Shown: one piece after another, positions 49,529-64,000 of the stretch
Layout of the letters: each line of letters starts with the position of its first letter
Position numbering within the stretch: the first letter of the stretch is position 1
From: the human T2T-CHM13v2.0 reference genome, Homo sapiens
Assembly: GCF_009914755.1 (NCBI RefSeq)
Contig: NC_060926.1
Length of the DNA: 64,000 nt
Strand: one strand, 5' to 3'
Notes under the pieces: generated by a model
What the model was told of the DNA's origin: nothing
What the model saw: only the letters and a program-made list of their open reading frames with translations
Database searches by the model: none
Position numbers and translations under genes: made by a program

Positions 49529-50568
49529 CTAAAGGCGGCAATATACGGCCCAGAAGAAAAGGACAGAGAAAGAAGTTCAAAGTCTATTAGTAAGAATGTA
49601 CCATGATGACTTATGTGCCCAAGAGGCAAGCAGTTAGAAAATGCCACTACTCATCCAGATAAAGCACATAAACCCATGCTCTTTTTAAAATGCTGTTGCT
49701 TCCATTTCTTTGCAAGTTAAATGCAAAAGCAACTGTTTTTATGCTACTATATTCATGCAGGCATTTTTCTGATGTAGCTAATTGTTCCAATGTAAATGTT
49801 GTAAGTTGTACACATATTTGTTCTATACAAAATTTACTGTGTAATTTTTAAGATACTTTTTGATATTATTTACCTACATTTTATCAGAAGTCTGAAAACT
49901 TAAGATGAACAGTATGCGTATTTTCAGCCTAAGTTTGTATAATTCTACCATCAGTTTGGAGAACATTAACATAACATTTAGCAAATGAAAATGCTGTTAC
50001 TTGGAGAGCTGATTATTGCTTCCCACTCACTCTTCGGGCCACCTGCCACTGCCTTGGTGCAGAAATGCGAACTAGAAGATGGCATACGCTTCCTGGAGAG
50101 CAGAGTGGATCCCATGTGCCAGCCAGGCCCCCAAAAACTTCTCCAAAGACTTTTCCACTCCGTTTCTAGGAAACAATTCTACTTTCTTTCTCCCAGCAAC
50201 CTCCAAGACTTCCTAGAATTCTTTGTACTGAAAAGGGAGTATTTTTTTCCTAAACAACTTATCTTGATTTGTAACCAGTCTACAATGTCATCAAGCATAG
50301 TAAAAAGCGTCTGGTGGCACCTCTATGGCGGCTGAGTCAAAGGAGTGAGATGGATTCTTACAGCATGACTAATTAAGGGGAAAGGCTTCGTGAAAAGGAA
50401 GTGAAGGCCTGACTCACTTGATGGTTCCTTCCCCTGGAATTTTATAGAGGAAATTTAAATCAGTAAACACATTTGAGGAGTCAACATAAAGAATATTTTA
50501 CCAGGCCCCAAGGGGCAGAAGAAAGGAAACCAAGGGAATGGTCATCAAGAAATACATATAGTTTCATC

Positions 50569-51033
50569 CAGTGGTTCTCAAAGTGTAGTCCAGGGACCCC
50601 CTCCCACCCAACTCCTGCCAAGAGGTCCCTGAAATCCTCTCAGGAGTTCAGGAGTTCAAAAATGTTTTCTTAATACTACTAAAATATAAGTTGTCTTTTT
50701 TACTCTCATTCTCTCATGACTTACAGTGAAATATTCCAAATGACAGACTGAATGCAGAAGCACATTTGTGAATCTAGCTGTCTTTAATCAAGCCAGATGT
50801 TAATGAGATTGACAAAAATGCACAGCAATGATATTTTTTCATGATTTTGTAAAATATTATTTTTCATAAATATATGCTCTTTATAATGAATTTATTTTTG
50901 GTATTTTTCATGAATTTATATTTTTAATTTTATCACTTTTAATTTGTAACATGGCTAATATTAAGTTTCTTGGGGTCCTTGATAAATTTTAAGAGCGTAA
51001 AGAAGTCTTGATAACAAAAAGCTAAGAAATGCC
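50569..51033 (+). mobile_element. hAT-Charlie non-autonomous element (Charlie4a/MER80-like)
   Basis: CAGTGGTTCTCAAAGTGT terminus; internal ctctcattctctca, tgaatgcagaagca, aagccaga motifs. Confidence 0.75.
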
Positions 51034-52229
51034 AACAGGCTGAATCACTGAGGGAGCTATGTGCTTCTGTATCAGTCATGTAACTCTATGGAGTTACTGA
51101 AAATCTGAGTTCCAAATTTTACTACCTTACAGGAGACTGTACAAATATGCCTCTCCTCCTAAACCATCCAACTTCCCTACCTAGCCTTTCCCAGATTTGC
51201 AAGCCAGTTTTGCTTCAGCAAGAATCAAATGTCTAGTCAAGATACTTTGCTGACTACTCTTCACTTCACTGAAAGCATAACTATTAGCTTTGATGGAGGA
51301 GGCTAGTTATAAAACAAAAACCTACAGAAAACTATTTCTGTAAATTTTTCCAATGCTATCATAATTCATTCATATTTTTTAAGCAGATTATCAAATGAGA
51401 TAACATCTTAGGCTTCAGAGTATATAATAACAATTATGAGAAACTATTCTCAAATAACCAAGTCAGTTTATTTTTTAAATTATTTTCATAAAATATATTT
51501 TCTTTCAAATGTGACAAAGAGAAGAGTACTTGTTTTTAAGTACTTAGTCTATATTACCTGGCTCCATTATCTATGAGCATGTTTAAGCTAGATACAAATT
51601 CATAAAATCTAAAGCTAGATAAAAAGTTTCAGAATCCACCTATCAGGAAACTAAGACACACTTTCTATTTGGAAAGCACATTCCAAAAACACTAGCTTTG
51701 TTTTCGCAATCAGAAAGCCAATTCCTGTCACTAGAAAAAACAAAAGTTGATGCAGTTTCAATTTCGTAACATGCAGATGTAATTTAGGTTTTCTTTATTA
51801 AATGTGTGGTTGCAGACATTACTGAGCCATCTCAACTACTGACAGCCTGACTACTTGTGAAAGATGGCTTTTGTGCCACCAGAATTTTAGGCTTAGGGGA
51901 AATTAGTGAAAATGCAACCCCATGGGAAGCCAAGGTAACCTGGAAAAACAAAACTAACAGCTGATGCCAGTGAAAGAAGGTAAAGTAAGGAATGCAGCAG
52001 AACCTCTGTCCTTGCTGCTGATGGCTGCTGAGTCAGTGGCTGCAGCTGACAAGACCCTACTGTCCCCAGCTCTTTCACTGGCAATGAACCAGGGAAGCAA
52101 TGTGCAGCATGTACAGTTCAATCGCCTCTTGATCCATTGGAAAATTACAGAACAAGGAAATCAGAAGGTTCTACAGGAAAAAAAAGAAAAAAAAAAAAAA
52201 CTAAAATCTACGTCTGAGAACGTGCTCCT

Positions 52230-54330
52230 ATCAAACGCTTCAGTTGCAATCAACTCCTACCTCCCCAGAAGTCAGGCAGCATCAATATTCTCCCTCCACT
52301 GCATTTCCAAACTCTCCCTCTCTACTAGCTCCTTCCTGACAGCATCCCGAAATTCTCAAACCCTCAACCTCTTTCCTTTCCCAAGGTTTTCCTGAAACAG
52401 CTCTTCCCAACATCATTTATTTGATCTGGAAGACCACGGCCACTTTTCAGATCTCTGAGACATCCAGGAATCCCTCCTCCCTGAACCGCTTCCTTGGATT
52501 CAGAGACACCACACTCTCCCAGATTTCCCTCACCCCAACCCTCCTGCTCTCTAGTTGCTTCTTCTAAGAGGGGCCACTTTCTTCACTCATCCCTTAAATG
52601 CCAGTGTTCCCTAGGATCTTGTGCCTCTTTCTTGACTCACCTCTCAGATGCTGCTGTGCCTCTGGATTCTGTCCCTATTTAATTATCATGCACCCCCTCT
52701 GGGTATTACCAATCAATAGCTTCATCTTCTGCTTCCATAAATTGATAGCTCCACTTTACTAAGATCAGTAAAGTGCTAAGAACAGAGACTGGCACATGGC
52801 AAAGCTCAGTACATGTTAGCTATCTTTACTGTAATTTCCCTGAGCTTCACTCTGCATGTTTAATGGCCAATTGGACATCTGTACCTATTGTATGTTTAAT
52901 GGCCTATTGACAAGCCTATGTTCCTGTCTATATTTAATATCAATATTTCTAAAACTCATATCCAAAACTGAATTCAATGTCCTCTTCCCCACCAAAACAC
53001 AAACAAAAAAATTTAAAAACCGGTTCCTCCTTCAGCATTTTATTCTCCTCGTTCATTCATTTCCTCTTTCTTTCAAAAAACATCCTGAGCCAGATACCAT
53101 TCCAGGTATTAGAGATTCAGAGTGAACACATCAGCCAAGGCCCCTCCCACCCTCCTGACCTTACATTCCAGCATAAGGGGGCACAAAAAGCACAACACGT
53201 AAATGAAGCGAATGCTGCAGATAACTAACACATGCCCTATCCCTAGCTCCAGCAAGGCGATTAAAAACTGGATGCCTACTTTCTACTCGGACGCCAGAGA
53301 AAAGCTGCCTGAGGAGATGACATCTGAGCTGAAATATGACGTATACACCCATCCTAGATGAGCCACAAAGGACAATGGACAAGGGAGATCTTCTCAGAGA
53401 ACAAAACCAAAAGCAGCCAACCGGGCCAACTCGGGAGTTCACGCCACAGCTAGTGTGCAGGAGGTCTTGCAATTCTCATTCAATGGGATGGAACACAGCA
53501 TCTATGGAATATGTCCATTCTCTCCTCCTTTTTATAAGATGTTATTGCAGCAACCCTGTCTTCTCTCCCCCGTTGTGTGCCAATGTGTTGCAATGGCTGG
53601 CTTAACTTTCAGACCATAGGTTGACGGAAAAGAGAGACATCCCCTCATTTGCTGGACTTGAAGCTAGAAGCAGGTACTGCTGACAAGATTTACATACCTC
53701 CCTTTGGGGAAGGGGCACATGTGCTTTATCTATGTTTGCCCTCGTCAACAATCAATGACCTGACCCTAACTCCTCCCTTCTTTGGTGTCCGAAACAATCA
53801 ACCTCACCAATATCTCTGAAATTCAACTATTTATATTTCCATCCCTACTTTCACTTCCCTGGCTCAATTCTTACATGAAATCGCTGCAACAGCCTCCTAA
53901 TTAACTTATCTCCAGTTGCCTCCTTCCAATTAGTTCTCCTTGAAACCACTGAAGTTCTCTTCCAAAACAGACAAACCCAAACATGTAACTACCTGACCTA
54001 AAATCCATTTTTGGTTCTCTAAACCCTTTAAACAAAAACCAGGTGCCTCAGAATGTCGTACGACGCCATCCATTTTCCAGCTTCCACTGTGCAATTTCCA
54101 TAGCCTCTTCTTGAGTTTCTTGCCCCCTCACCTTCTAGCTTTCACCATAATGAGCAGCCTGCATTTCCCCAGATGTCCCTAACTGTCCCCTCCAAGTGGT
54201 GGCACACACCACCCCCTCTGCTGTCTGTGCCTGTTCCCTCCTCCTTCTACCTGACCTCCGGGTGCAACTCAGCCTTCCCAGACCCCTAAACCTAGCTAGG
54301 GGCAATAGTAATATATGTCCACCTTGACCA
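52230..54330. mobile_element. cluster of L2 fragments in both orientations (+ ~52230-53050, - ~53050-53400, + ~53760-54330)
   Basis: pyrimidine-rich L2 body motifs (aaactca.at.tccaaaactgaa.tc, aacagcctcctaa) and an antisense tail (ttcattcatt...ccaggtatt); boundaries approximate. Confidence 0.6.
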
Positions 54331-54405
54331 CAGAACAGAGCCAGGCTCAGAAAACACTAAAAACGTGGTAGTTGTTTTGAATATAGCAATTATCACACCC
54401 TGTAC

Positions 54406-54636
54406 CTAGGTTTCTCCACGTTGACACTACTGACATTTCCAGTCAGATCATTCTTGTCACGGGGGTCAGTGTAGTGGGGTGGGATCTCCACTAGCACCTC
54501 CGGTCTCTGTTCACCAGGATGCCAGCAGTACCACCCCCATCCTTCCCCACCCTGCCCAGTTGTGACAACAACAAATGTTTTCAGACATTGACTCATGTCC
54601 CATGGGGGGCAAAATTGGCCTGGTTGAGAATCACCG
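54406..54636 (-). mobile_element. MER20 hAT-Charlie element
   Basis: gatgccagcagtac, cagttgtgacaac, cagacattg, ggggggcaaaat, ggttgagaatcac. Confidence 0.85.
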
Positions 54637-54789
54637 CACTAAAGCACATTGGATGGTTCATCATTCAATCTGCAACCCATGGGCAGCACATTCCTGGAAA
54701 ACTGAAATTGGTTCTACATCCTTAACACCCATGCCAGGGACACAACTGTGGATCAATTAATGTTTGCCTAATAGTAGTATAAGAAAAGT

Positions 54790-55031
<242 letters not shown>

Positions 55032-55589
55032 TTAATGGGGAGGTAGAGTGCACAAGATCTAAAGAGAAACAATAAAGAAAGAAAAATGAAAATTCTGGTC
55101 AGGTTAATTTTTCATAAATTCAACTCAAGTTCTCAAAATCCTTAAGGACAGAAAAAAAAAAATGTCAGATACTTCTTTCATATGCTCCAAAAAGCAAAAA
55201 CCAGACCAGTATGTAGGAGGCATCTGACTGATAGTCAGTGACTTAACCTGCAAAACGCTACAGCGATCATTACCAATACCAGTGGGATACTTCCAGATTT
55301 CTGTATGAAACCAGGAATCATAGCTCAGGCAAAAGTCTTAGAATCAAGAAATTTTTAAACGGTCAACTTGGACAGAAAAGTGCTGAATTAGAAATCGAAG
55401 ATCTGGGTTCTTTCCCAGCTTTGCCACTAATTGTGTGACAGGAGGGCAGTCACTTTACTGCCAAGGCCTGTTACCTCACCTGTAAAACAGATGATTAAAT
55501 CATATTAACTTTAAACGTCTTCTTATTTGTAAATCCTACGAGTCTATGGATTAATTCAATCAAAAAGATCCATTATTAAGCAAATTAAA

Positions 55590-55634
55590 AACACACACAT
55601 ACGCATAGACACACACACACTCTCTCTCTCTCTC
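55590..55634 (+). repeat. (CA)n(CT)n compound microsatellite
   Basis: read directly. Confidence 0.85.
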
Positions 55635-56142
55635 TATAGGACTAAATAAATGAGTGCTCCAGAATGGCAGAACTGCACAGCCAGATGATACATTCAGAGT
55701 CCAGTGGCTTCATTTTCTTATGAGGAAATGACTACATTCTGAAGGGAGAGACAGGTCTTAGGCATCTTTCCATCCCCGCAGCTTGCATAGTGCCTGGGCC
55801 ATAGCAGTCATTTTTAAACGTCTCATAAGCTGAGGCTGTGACACTCCTAACACCAGAACCCAAGAGCCTTAGAGCCTATGATCGTTTCACCATATCATGA
55901 GGTGTCTTGACTTCTTGCAGGAGAGAAAGAAAAAAAAAAAGCCCAAAATAAGTGGAGTATGAACAGAATAAAGATGACAGGACAGAACATCAAGTTATTT
56001 TTCAGAAGAGTGAACAACGGAGTTCTGGAAAAGTCCACTGAAGAATCTAGTCTAGGAAAGTAAGATGAGATTAATGAAATAATCTTGTTGGCGTGGTTTA
56101 TAAAACATAAAACAATGGAGTGACTAAGAAATCTCAAACCCC

Positions 56143-56444
<302 letters not shown>

Positions 56445-57739
56445 TCAAACCCCTAGCTAGGATAATCAAAGAGTAGCAAGTAGGAGATCAGTGAACTAGA
56501 AGGATAAAGGAAAAGAGAGACCAGGGCAGTGAGACCAGGAAGAAACAGGAAACGAGCTGTGTAGAGCATACTGTGCATTCTGTTTTATAGCTGCCCTGTA
56601 AATTCCAAAAAATAACACACCCTTTTGGAAGGCAAAATGAATTTTAAAAAGATAAAACCTCAGAGGCAGGTTAAATATACTTTTTAGTAAACGTCACCTC
56701 ATTTAGAAACACTACATTTACAACCTTGAGAGCAGATGCGGTATTATTAGGTGCTTATGGTGCTTAACTGGGCCAGAGGGAAGATTTTCTCTATGCTTAA
56801 ATTTTATAAGTAGGAGGACAAGGAAAGGGAGAGACAGAAGGGGTAGGGGAGGAGGGAGACAGAGTGGGAGGGGGAAGGGAGGGAAGCATTTCTTTGATAA
56901 CATTTCTCAAGGTTAAAGTACCAAAGACATACCAAAGCGCCAACAGAACTAAGTCTCAGGGTTATGAATGCTGAATGAAATGAAGGACATTAAAGATTTG
57001 TTACTAAATAAATAAGTAAATAATTTTTTAAAAGAAAAGAAAAAACAATTTGTTACAGTTTAATTTAAATAACTGCAATAACGCAGTATATCAGAAAACC
57101 CAATCCTCCCTCCATTTAATCTACCATTTCCAAGTTTGAAATAAAGAATCCAAGTGTTCAAATTCAAAGTGAAGAACTGGTGAAAATTCTGAATCTGAAG
57201 TTATTTTGTAATTGATTCATCCATTTCCCACTACGTCTTTAGGAAGGAGTTAATAGTGCTATAAAATGCCCCCTCTCAGGATGGAATTTTTGATAGGAGC
57301 CCATTTGTGAGCAGGGAAATGATTAAGCATTACAGTATTTACTTTATTGTTGCCCTCACTACTGACAAATGCCAAAGTAATGTGGCAAGGACGGAGGAAG
57401 AGGGTATTCAATACACAGCTTCAACACCAGTATTTACGCTGAGAATACTCACCACTGCCTCGTGGTTGTTTCCTTCCCTGGCATAAGTATGTATTGAAAG
57501 TCTCAAAATCAGTCCTTATCTGGAAACTTTTCTCAGACAAAACCAGTAGCAACAATGTATAAACAGGATATAGATTTATAAAAATTCACCAAAATCTGAA
57601 AGACGAAGAAATGGGCCAAGATCCCCAAGGCCCATTTACAACATCCTTGCAAAGCTCAGAAAACGAAAATTCAAGCCAAGGATCCTTCCATCCACCTCTA
57701 AATAACTCCACATCCTCATTCCAATGCATGCTGGTTCTG

Positions 57740-57880
57740 TGAGCTAAGGTCCCTGTTAAGCTTTTGTTTACTCATTTATGAAATGGAAATAATAACAATA
57801 ATACCTTCTTTATAGAGTTGTTGTGAAGGTTACATGGAATAATCCATGCAAGTACCTAGCAAAGTGCTCAGCAAATATCA
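57740..57880 (+). mobile_element. MIR SINE fragment
   Basis: aaatggaaataataac..tacct...agagttgttgtgaag...cctagcaaagtgct. Confidence 0.7.
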
Positions 57881-59208
57881 ATATTCAAAAAAGTATTGGC
57901 TATAATTCCTAAAAATAAAAAGGATAGAATAATATTTTAGACACAACTCCCAAAGAGAAATAACCACACCTTTCTACTTTTCTCCAGAACAGCAAAAACA
58001 GCATTTCAAGTTCTTCTAATATAAATAAAATTGCAGCTGAGAAAAAATAAATCCCCGATTATAGTTCCTAGCTGATAGGACTGAAAACAACATAAAGAGA
58101 CATTACTATCTATGACTAAGCACAGAATCAGCAAAAAAGCTTAAACAGAAAACAAGTTAACACTTAAATAATTCGGTCTTTCTGAACAATAAAAAGAAAA
58201 GAGCTAGAGAACACTATGCTACATAAAAGTGAACAAGAATCAGATACAGTGCTGCAGTTTGTTAGTTCTTCTGTGGTATCTTAAATATATCAGCTTCTTC
58301 TACACACAGCATATTCACCAGTTCAACCAGCTTCACAGAAAGCAACATCCAAGACAGGGAAAAGCAAGACAACAAAGGGCTCAGGAAATTTACACTATTC
58401 CCGCTATCAAACTTGTTTCTCAGCCTCACCTGACACCAACTGGTACAGATTTCTAACTGGCCAGGAAATCATTTTAAAATCTCAATATCAAAGCTCAATG
58501 ACAGAAAAAAGGTTTGAAAAAGCACTCAAGGAATGCTTTTCATCTATTTCTGACTCTTACTCTAATCTACTCTTACTTCATTAATATTCTTTATACTCAG
58601 GAGGTTCAAATGAAAGCAAAATGAAAACATAATTATTGTTCCTGATAAATCACGACACTTTCAATAGCTTGAATATGATTTTCAAACATTATAAAACAGT
58701 AGGTTTAATTTTTAATAAATTAAAATAATCAAAATGAGGAAACAAGTGTAAAAAATTTAGAGTAAAAATATTCAAATAGTTAAGATATTATTTAAGATGT
58801 AAAAGTAATATCTTGTTTTAATACTTCAAATAATTTTAATGTGAATTATAAAGCAGTTATAAAAGCAAATTCTACCAAAAATTTTTTTAAAAAAACAGAT
58901 CTAAGTAAATTAGAAAATATACATTATACCAAAGCAGATACACACTTGAAAATCTTCAATATTAAACAACTGTTATATGAGTTTATTTTTATGGCAGAAA
59001 AAATATAATACAAAGATCTTCAAAATTAGCATTAAATAATTTAATTTTTATCTTTGAAGATCTTTTTAAAATTTTTTATGTAACTTAATATTAATGTGGA
59101 AACTAAACTAATTATTGCCAAATATTTTCAAAACCACTAAAACTAGAATATAATAATTGATCTTGGCAATTTTAGAAATTCCTTCCTGAAACATAAATAC
59201 TCTAAGTA

Positions 59209-59555
59209 CAGTCATGTGCTGCTTAAAAATGAGGATACATTCTAAGAAATGAGTCAGGCAACTTTGTCGTATAGACCATGACAGAGTGTACTTACACAAA
59301 CCTACATAATTGTATAGTCTACTCCATACTTAGGCTACATGGTATAGTCTACTGCTCCTAGGCTACAAACCTATATAGCCTGTTACTGTACTGAATAATG
59401 TAGACAACAGTAACACAATGGTAAGTATTTGTGTATCTAAATATAGATAAACATAGAAAAAGTACAGTAAAAATACAGCATTATAATCCTGACTCCATCA
59501 TCTATCTATACGCAGTCCATGACTGACCGAAATATCACTATGTGGCACAAGACTG
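59209..59555 (-). mobile_element. Tigger3a/MER7A-like TcMar MITE, full length (347 bp)
   Basis: TIRs CAGTCATGTGC...GCACAAGACTG with TA target duplications on both sides; internal ctcctaggctacaaacct, aacacaatggtaagtatttgtgtatctaaa. Confidence 0.9.
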
Positions 59556-60041
59556 TATACAAGAAGAACACAATTTCCTGGCACATTACAGCTTTTATGT
59601 GAACTTGTTTATATTAACAATGACCTCTCTAACACATAAAGAAGTCAAGAATGGACTCCTGATTTTTACTACATTAACTGATGGATCATGAAAGTTCACT
59701 ATTACCAGCCTACCACCAAAAACCATTGCAGAAAACAAAGTGTAGATGATAAAAACATATCGAAAACTGATGATGACATATATTTCTCTAGGTAATATTA
59801 TTTTTCATAAAACAAATTTGTTCCACATCTAAAGTAATTCATAATTCATAGGTTTGAATTATTAAAATAATAGCCATTATATAGTCAAGTTTTTCTCCAC
59901 CCTACAATGACCTTCTATCATGCTAATAGTAATTCTTAGTAAATGCTTTGCACTAAAGAAAATGCAGCAAGATACTATCAAATATCACCAACAAATTATT
60001 GTTAAAATGTGTCAATATTTACATTCAAGAATGCGTATCAG

Positions 60042-60346
<305 letters not shown>

Positions 60347-60349
60347 TTA

Positions 60350-60748
<399 letters not shown>

Positions 60749-61142
60749 CTAACCTTCTTTTAAAACCACATTTTATCACTGTGTATAATACAACATTTTT
60801 ATTCCTTTTGTTTGTCTCCATATTTAGAGAACACTGGTCTACCTGCTCACTCTCTTTACCTAGCCACCGGGATTCAGACACACACAGCACAGAGGTCTGC
60901 TGTTAGACAAGAAGCTGCCACACGTAGCTTGGAGATTGGCTGGCCAAGGTGTCACTATCACTCAGGCTGCTGCTGAAGGGGCCCCAAGAAAAGGAACAAT
61001 TCAACATAATCTCAAGATAAAACAAAGTAACCTTTTAAATACAAACTTTAGAAACATTACAGTACTCTTTTTATCTATGCAAACTCACTTAACTGGAGTT
61101 CATAACTTTTTGTTCTACTTTTTAATTTTACTAAGTCTAAAT

Positions 61143-61369
61143 CAGAGATTGGCAAACTTTTTCTGTCAAGAGCCAGGCATTAATTATTTTAGGCTTTGTA
61201 AGCCACACAGTCTCTACGGCAACCACTCAACTCTGTCCATATAGCCCCAAAGCTGCTACAGATGATATATAAATGAATGAACATAGCTGTGTTCCAGTAA
61301 AACTGTATTCATAAAACAGGTGAAGAGTTGATTTAGCCCTTGGACAGTAGTCTGCCTTGACAATCCCTG
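61143..61369 (-). mobile_element. MER58A hAT-Charlie MITE
   Basis: ggcaaactttttctgt, actcaactctg, aatgaa.atagctgtgttcca.taaaact; 8-bp TSD GTCTAAAT/GTTTAAAT. Confidence 0.88.
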
Positions 61370-63024
61370 GTTTAAATCATCTGAGCAAATGTGCTGTTAA
61401 AAAAATTCCAAATTAAAAAGAAGGGGGGAAAAAGCCAGGTCCATGTTGTTTTAAACAGAAGCCCCAAACAAAGGCTATCAATCATATTATAACATGAGCT
61501 GAGTCACAGAAACGGAGCAATGTAGCTGTGAAAGAAAATATATACAAGAAAGAGTGTATATCATCTAAGCCCTAGCTCTCCCCCATCCTTCAGCAATTCT
61601 CTCCCTAACCCCCGAAAAGCAATAAATTAGGGTAATGTGATTCTTTTTACAGTTTTTTCTTTTCTCTACTACCGTTAGTCACTGATTGCTAATATCCCAA
61701 AAGTTGTCCGTATAAACTTTTTCAGGGTTGACTGACGCAGTTATGCATTTTTGATGGTGGAGTGTAACACAGTAGAAATTCTCTCTTCAAAGTTCAATGT
61801 CATTATGGCAAACAGAAAAGACTATCGATTCCTATCTTCTCAACAAGACTTAGCATAAACAACCTTACATGTGACATTCAATTCAAAGATTTGTTACTAG
61901 ATACTCAGAGGGTAACTATTCCATTTTCATACATATAAGTTTACTAAGTTATGATGCTAAGCAGGTAGGCCATAATGCCCAGACAACTGCAGATAACACT
62001 AGATGAACAGCAACTACTAAATTACAACATAACCTGGTGTTGTTCAACCTATTCTTGTATTCATGAGAACTGCTACTGAAATTCAATGACCTGTGAATGT
62101 CTGATGTAACAGAAGCCTGGCTCCCCCAATAAAAATCCCCAATAGAACAATAATAATTCAAATACTACAAATCTAAATCCTCCGGGATTCAATCTCCTGT
62201 ACACTGAAGTTTCAATTCAACAAACATGCATTAAGTGATGTGCGAAGAACAAGAAATTAGGTGAGGTGCTGGGAAAGCAGTGTGAATGAGCCTTTAAAGA
62301 GCTTGCACTCTGTTAGAAGAGAGGTTTAAGCCAATGATTACAACACAGTGTGGTACTTCAATATCACAAGTATGTGTACCCTCACAAATAAATATGAAAA
62401 CACCTCATAACAGGCATATAAACATAATAGGCAACTCATAAAAGAATACAAATGGTCAACAGATCAAACCCATTGTTTGCCTGTGCAGTGTATATTCAAA
62501 AGCTCTTAATATCTCCTGTTGGCGGGAGGTGTGGGAAAATGGTCACTCTTACGCTCTACTGGGCTACACTTCTACACAATAATTTGAAAAGCTGGTCATT
62601 TAAAGCCATTTAAAACTCTATATTCTTTGACTTGGAAATTCTATCAGTTTCAGTGAGTGGATAAACTAGTTTTGCTAACCAAAAGAAAATAATTCAATTT
62701 TAGGAAAATGGTAACTTTGGTTTAATAGTATAAATTTCAGACTCCTACAAGATATCCAAAGGGAATTGTCTAGTAGGCAGTTGGACATATATAACAATTA
62801 GCATTTACTCATGGTGTTTGCTATGTTTGCTAATCTTATATACATTATTTCATTTAATCTCTCCAAAATTCAAAGCCGTCTGTATGTAGGACGAAGATTC
62901 AAACACAGCTCTTAACCCAAAGCTCTTAGTCAATATTCTATTGTCTTAGACAATATTCACTGTCCATGGGTTTGACACCTGGCAGAAAGATCCAATATAG
63001 AAATATATATTTGCAAGTTTATCT

Positions 63025-63420
63025 TTCGTTCACTCATTCATTCAGCAGAAATTTATTAGGTACCTAAGGTTGGATCTACGAATACCGAGAAAGTAAAGTT
63101 AAATTTCTTATCATTAGGGACATAAAACAGAGATAGGCATGAAAACAAAAAATTGCAGTATGATACAACAGTGATAATAGAAATACTAAAGAGGAGTAAC
63201 ACTAACCCCTCTAAAAAGAGAGAGTAGTCAACTCTGCATCGGACAGAGTCATCAAGGAAGGTTCTAAGAAAGGAAGACAATGCTTGGCCATGATTTTAAA
63301 GGATGAGTGAGAAAAAAAAAAAATCCCCCAAGTGGACAGAAGCAGCAGGTAAGGAATTTGATTCCAGAAGAAGAGCATTGAATATAAAGAAGTGTCACCC
63401 AAAACAGCATGGTCAGCACA
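63025..63420 (-). mobile_element. L2 3' end, antisense
   Basis: ttcactcattcattcagcagaaatttatt tail; tcaaggaaggtt, ttttaaaggatgagt, attccagaagaag. Confidence 0.65.
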
Positions 63421-63861
63421 AAGAAATACATGTAGGTCACCATAGTGATAAACAGACAGTGCCCTTTAACCACTCTCTAACCCCCCATCCTCTGCTCCTC
63501 CAGATGCTGCAAAAAAGGACAGAGGAAATATAAAGCCTGCCACTCTCTTGAGTTGCACTTCCCAAAGAGGTCCACTCCTTTAACCTCCTCTTCAAACGGA
63601 GAATTGGAAAGGGACTAGGCAGGCTCCCTTGTCAATGAGGAGAAGCAGTGGTGTAGTGACACTCTCCAAAACAGCTTCCCAACAGCATCACCATCTACCA
63701 CCTCACCCAGCCTTTGGTTTTCTTCATGGCCTTTATTTACTACTAAAATTCCATCATCTATTCATTTTTTCCTTGTTTATTGCCTTTCTCCGTCATTAGA
63801 CTATAAGCTCCAGGAAGGCATGGGATGGGCCTCATCTATTCTATTCTATTCACCACTGTGG

Positions 63862-64000
<139 letters not shown>

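Noticed and set aside
59012-59065. 13-bp inverted repeat AAAGATCTTCAAA/TTTGAAGATCTTT with 28-nt spacer
   Set aside because: Short and embedded in very AT-rich sequence; plausible by chance.

Overview
Primate (almost certainly human) genomic DNA from the CRIM1/FEZ2 tail-to-tail locus, not a prokaryotic window. Plus strand: the last eight coding exons of CRIM1 (antistasin-like repeat, four vWC/chordin-type cysteine-rich domains, stalk, transmembrane helix, cytoplasmic tail ending ...DNFYQTV*) and a ~2.4 kb 3'UTR. Their splice phases join in one open frame; I number them 10-17 from my recollection of the 17-exon model. Minus strand: the last three constitutive exons of FEZ2 (...YLTTVIPYEKK...TDYILKVLCPT*), an 81-nt in-frame cassette exon and the 3'UTR, ending ~1.1 kb from the CRIM1 end. 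The rest is intron with Alu, L2, MIR, MLT1 and DNA-transposon fossils, a ~0.86 kb polypurine tract with a 238-bp partial copy, and two perfect hairpins. Nearly all long ORFs in the supplied track are repeat or low-complexity artefacts. I see no new protein-coding system. The best lead is a second convergent pair of candidate terminal exons inside CRIM1 intron 13. One is a CRIM1 exon giving a soluble TM-less protein (...CPYCIGGQT*). The other is an antisense FEZ2 exon giving ...ILKAMAPILSVRFSLK*. Together they suggest a movable boundary between the two genes. Several candidate micro, cassette and poison exons are also flagged. All unannotated-exon calls are sequence predictions that need RNA evidence. 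Repeat subfamily names and boundaries come from recognition, not alignment, and are approximate unless a TSD or TIR is cited.
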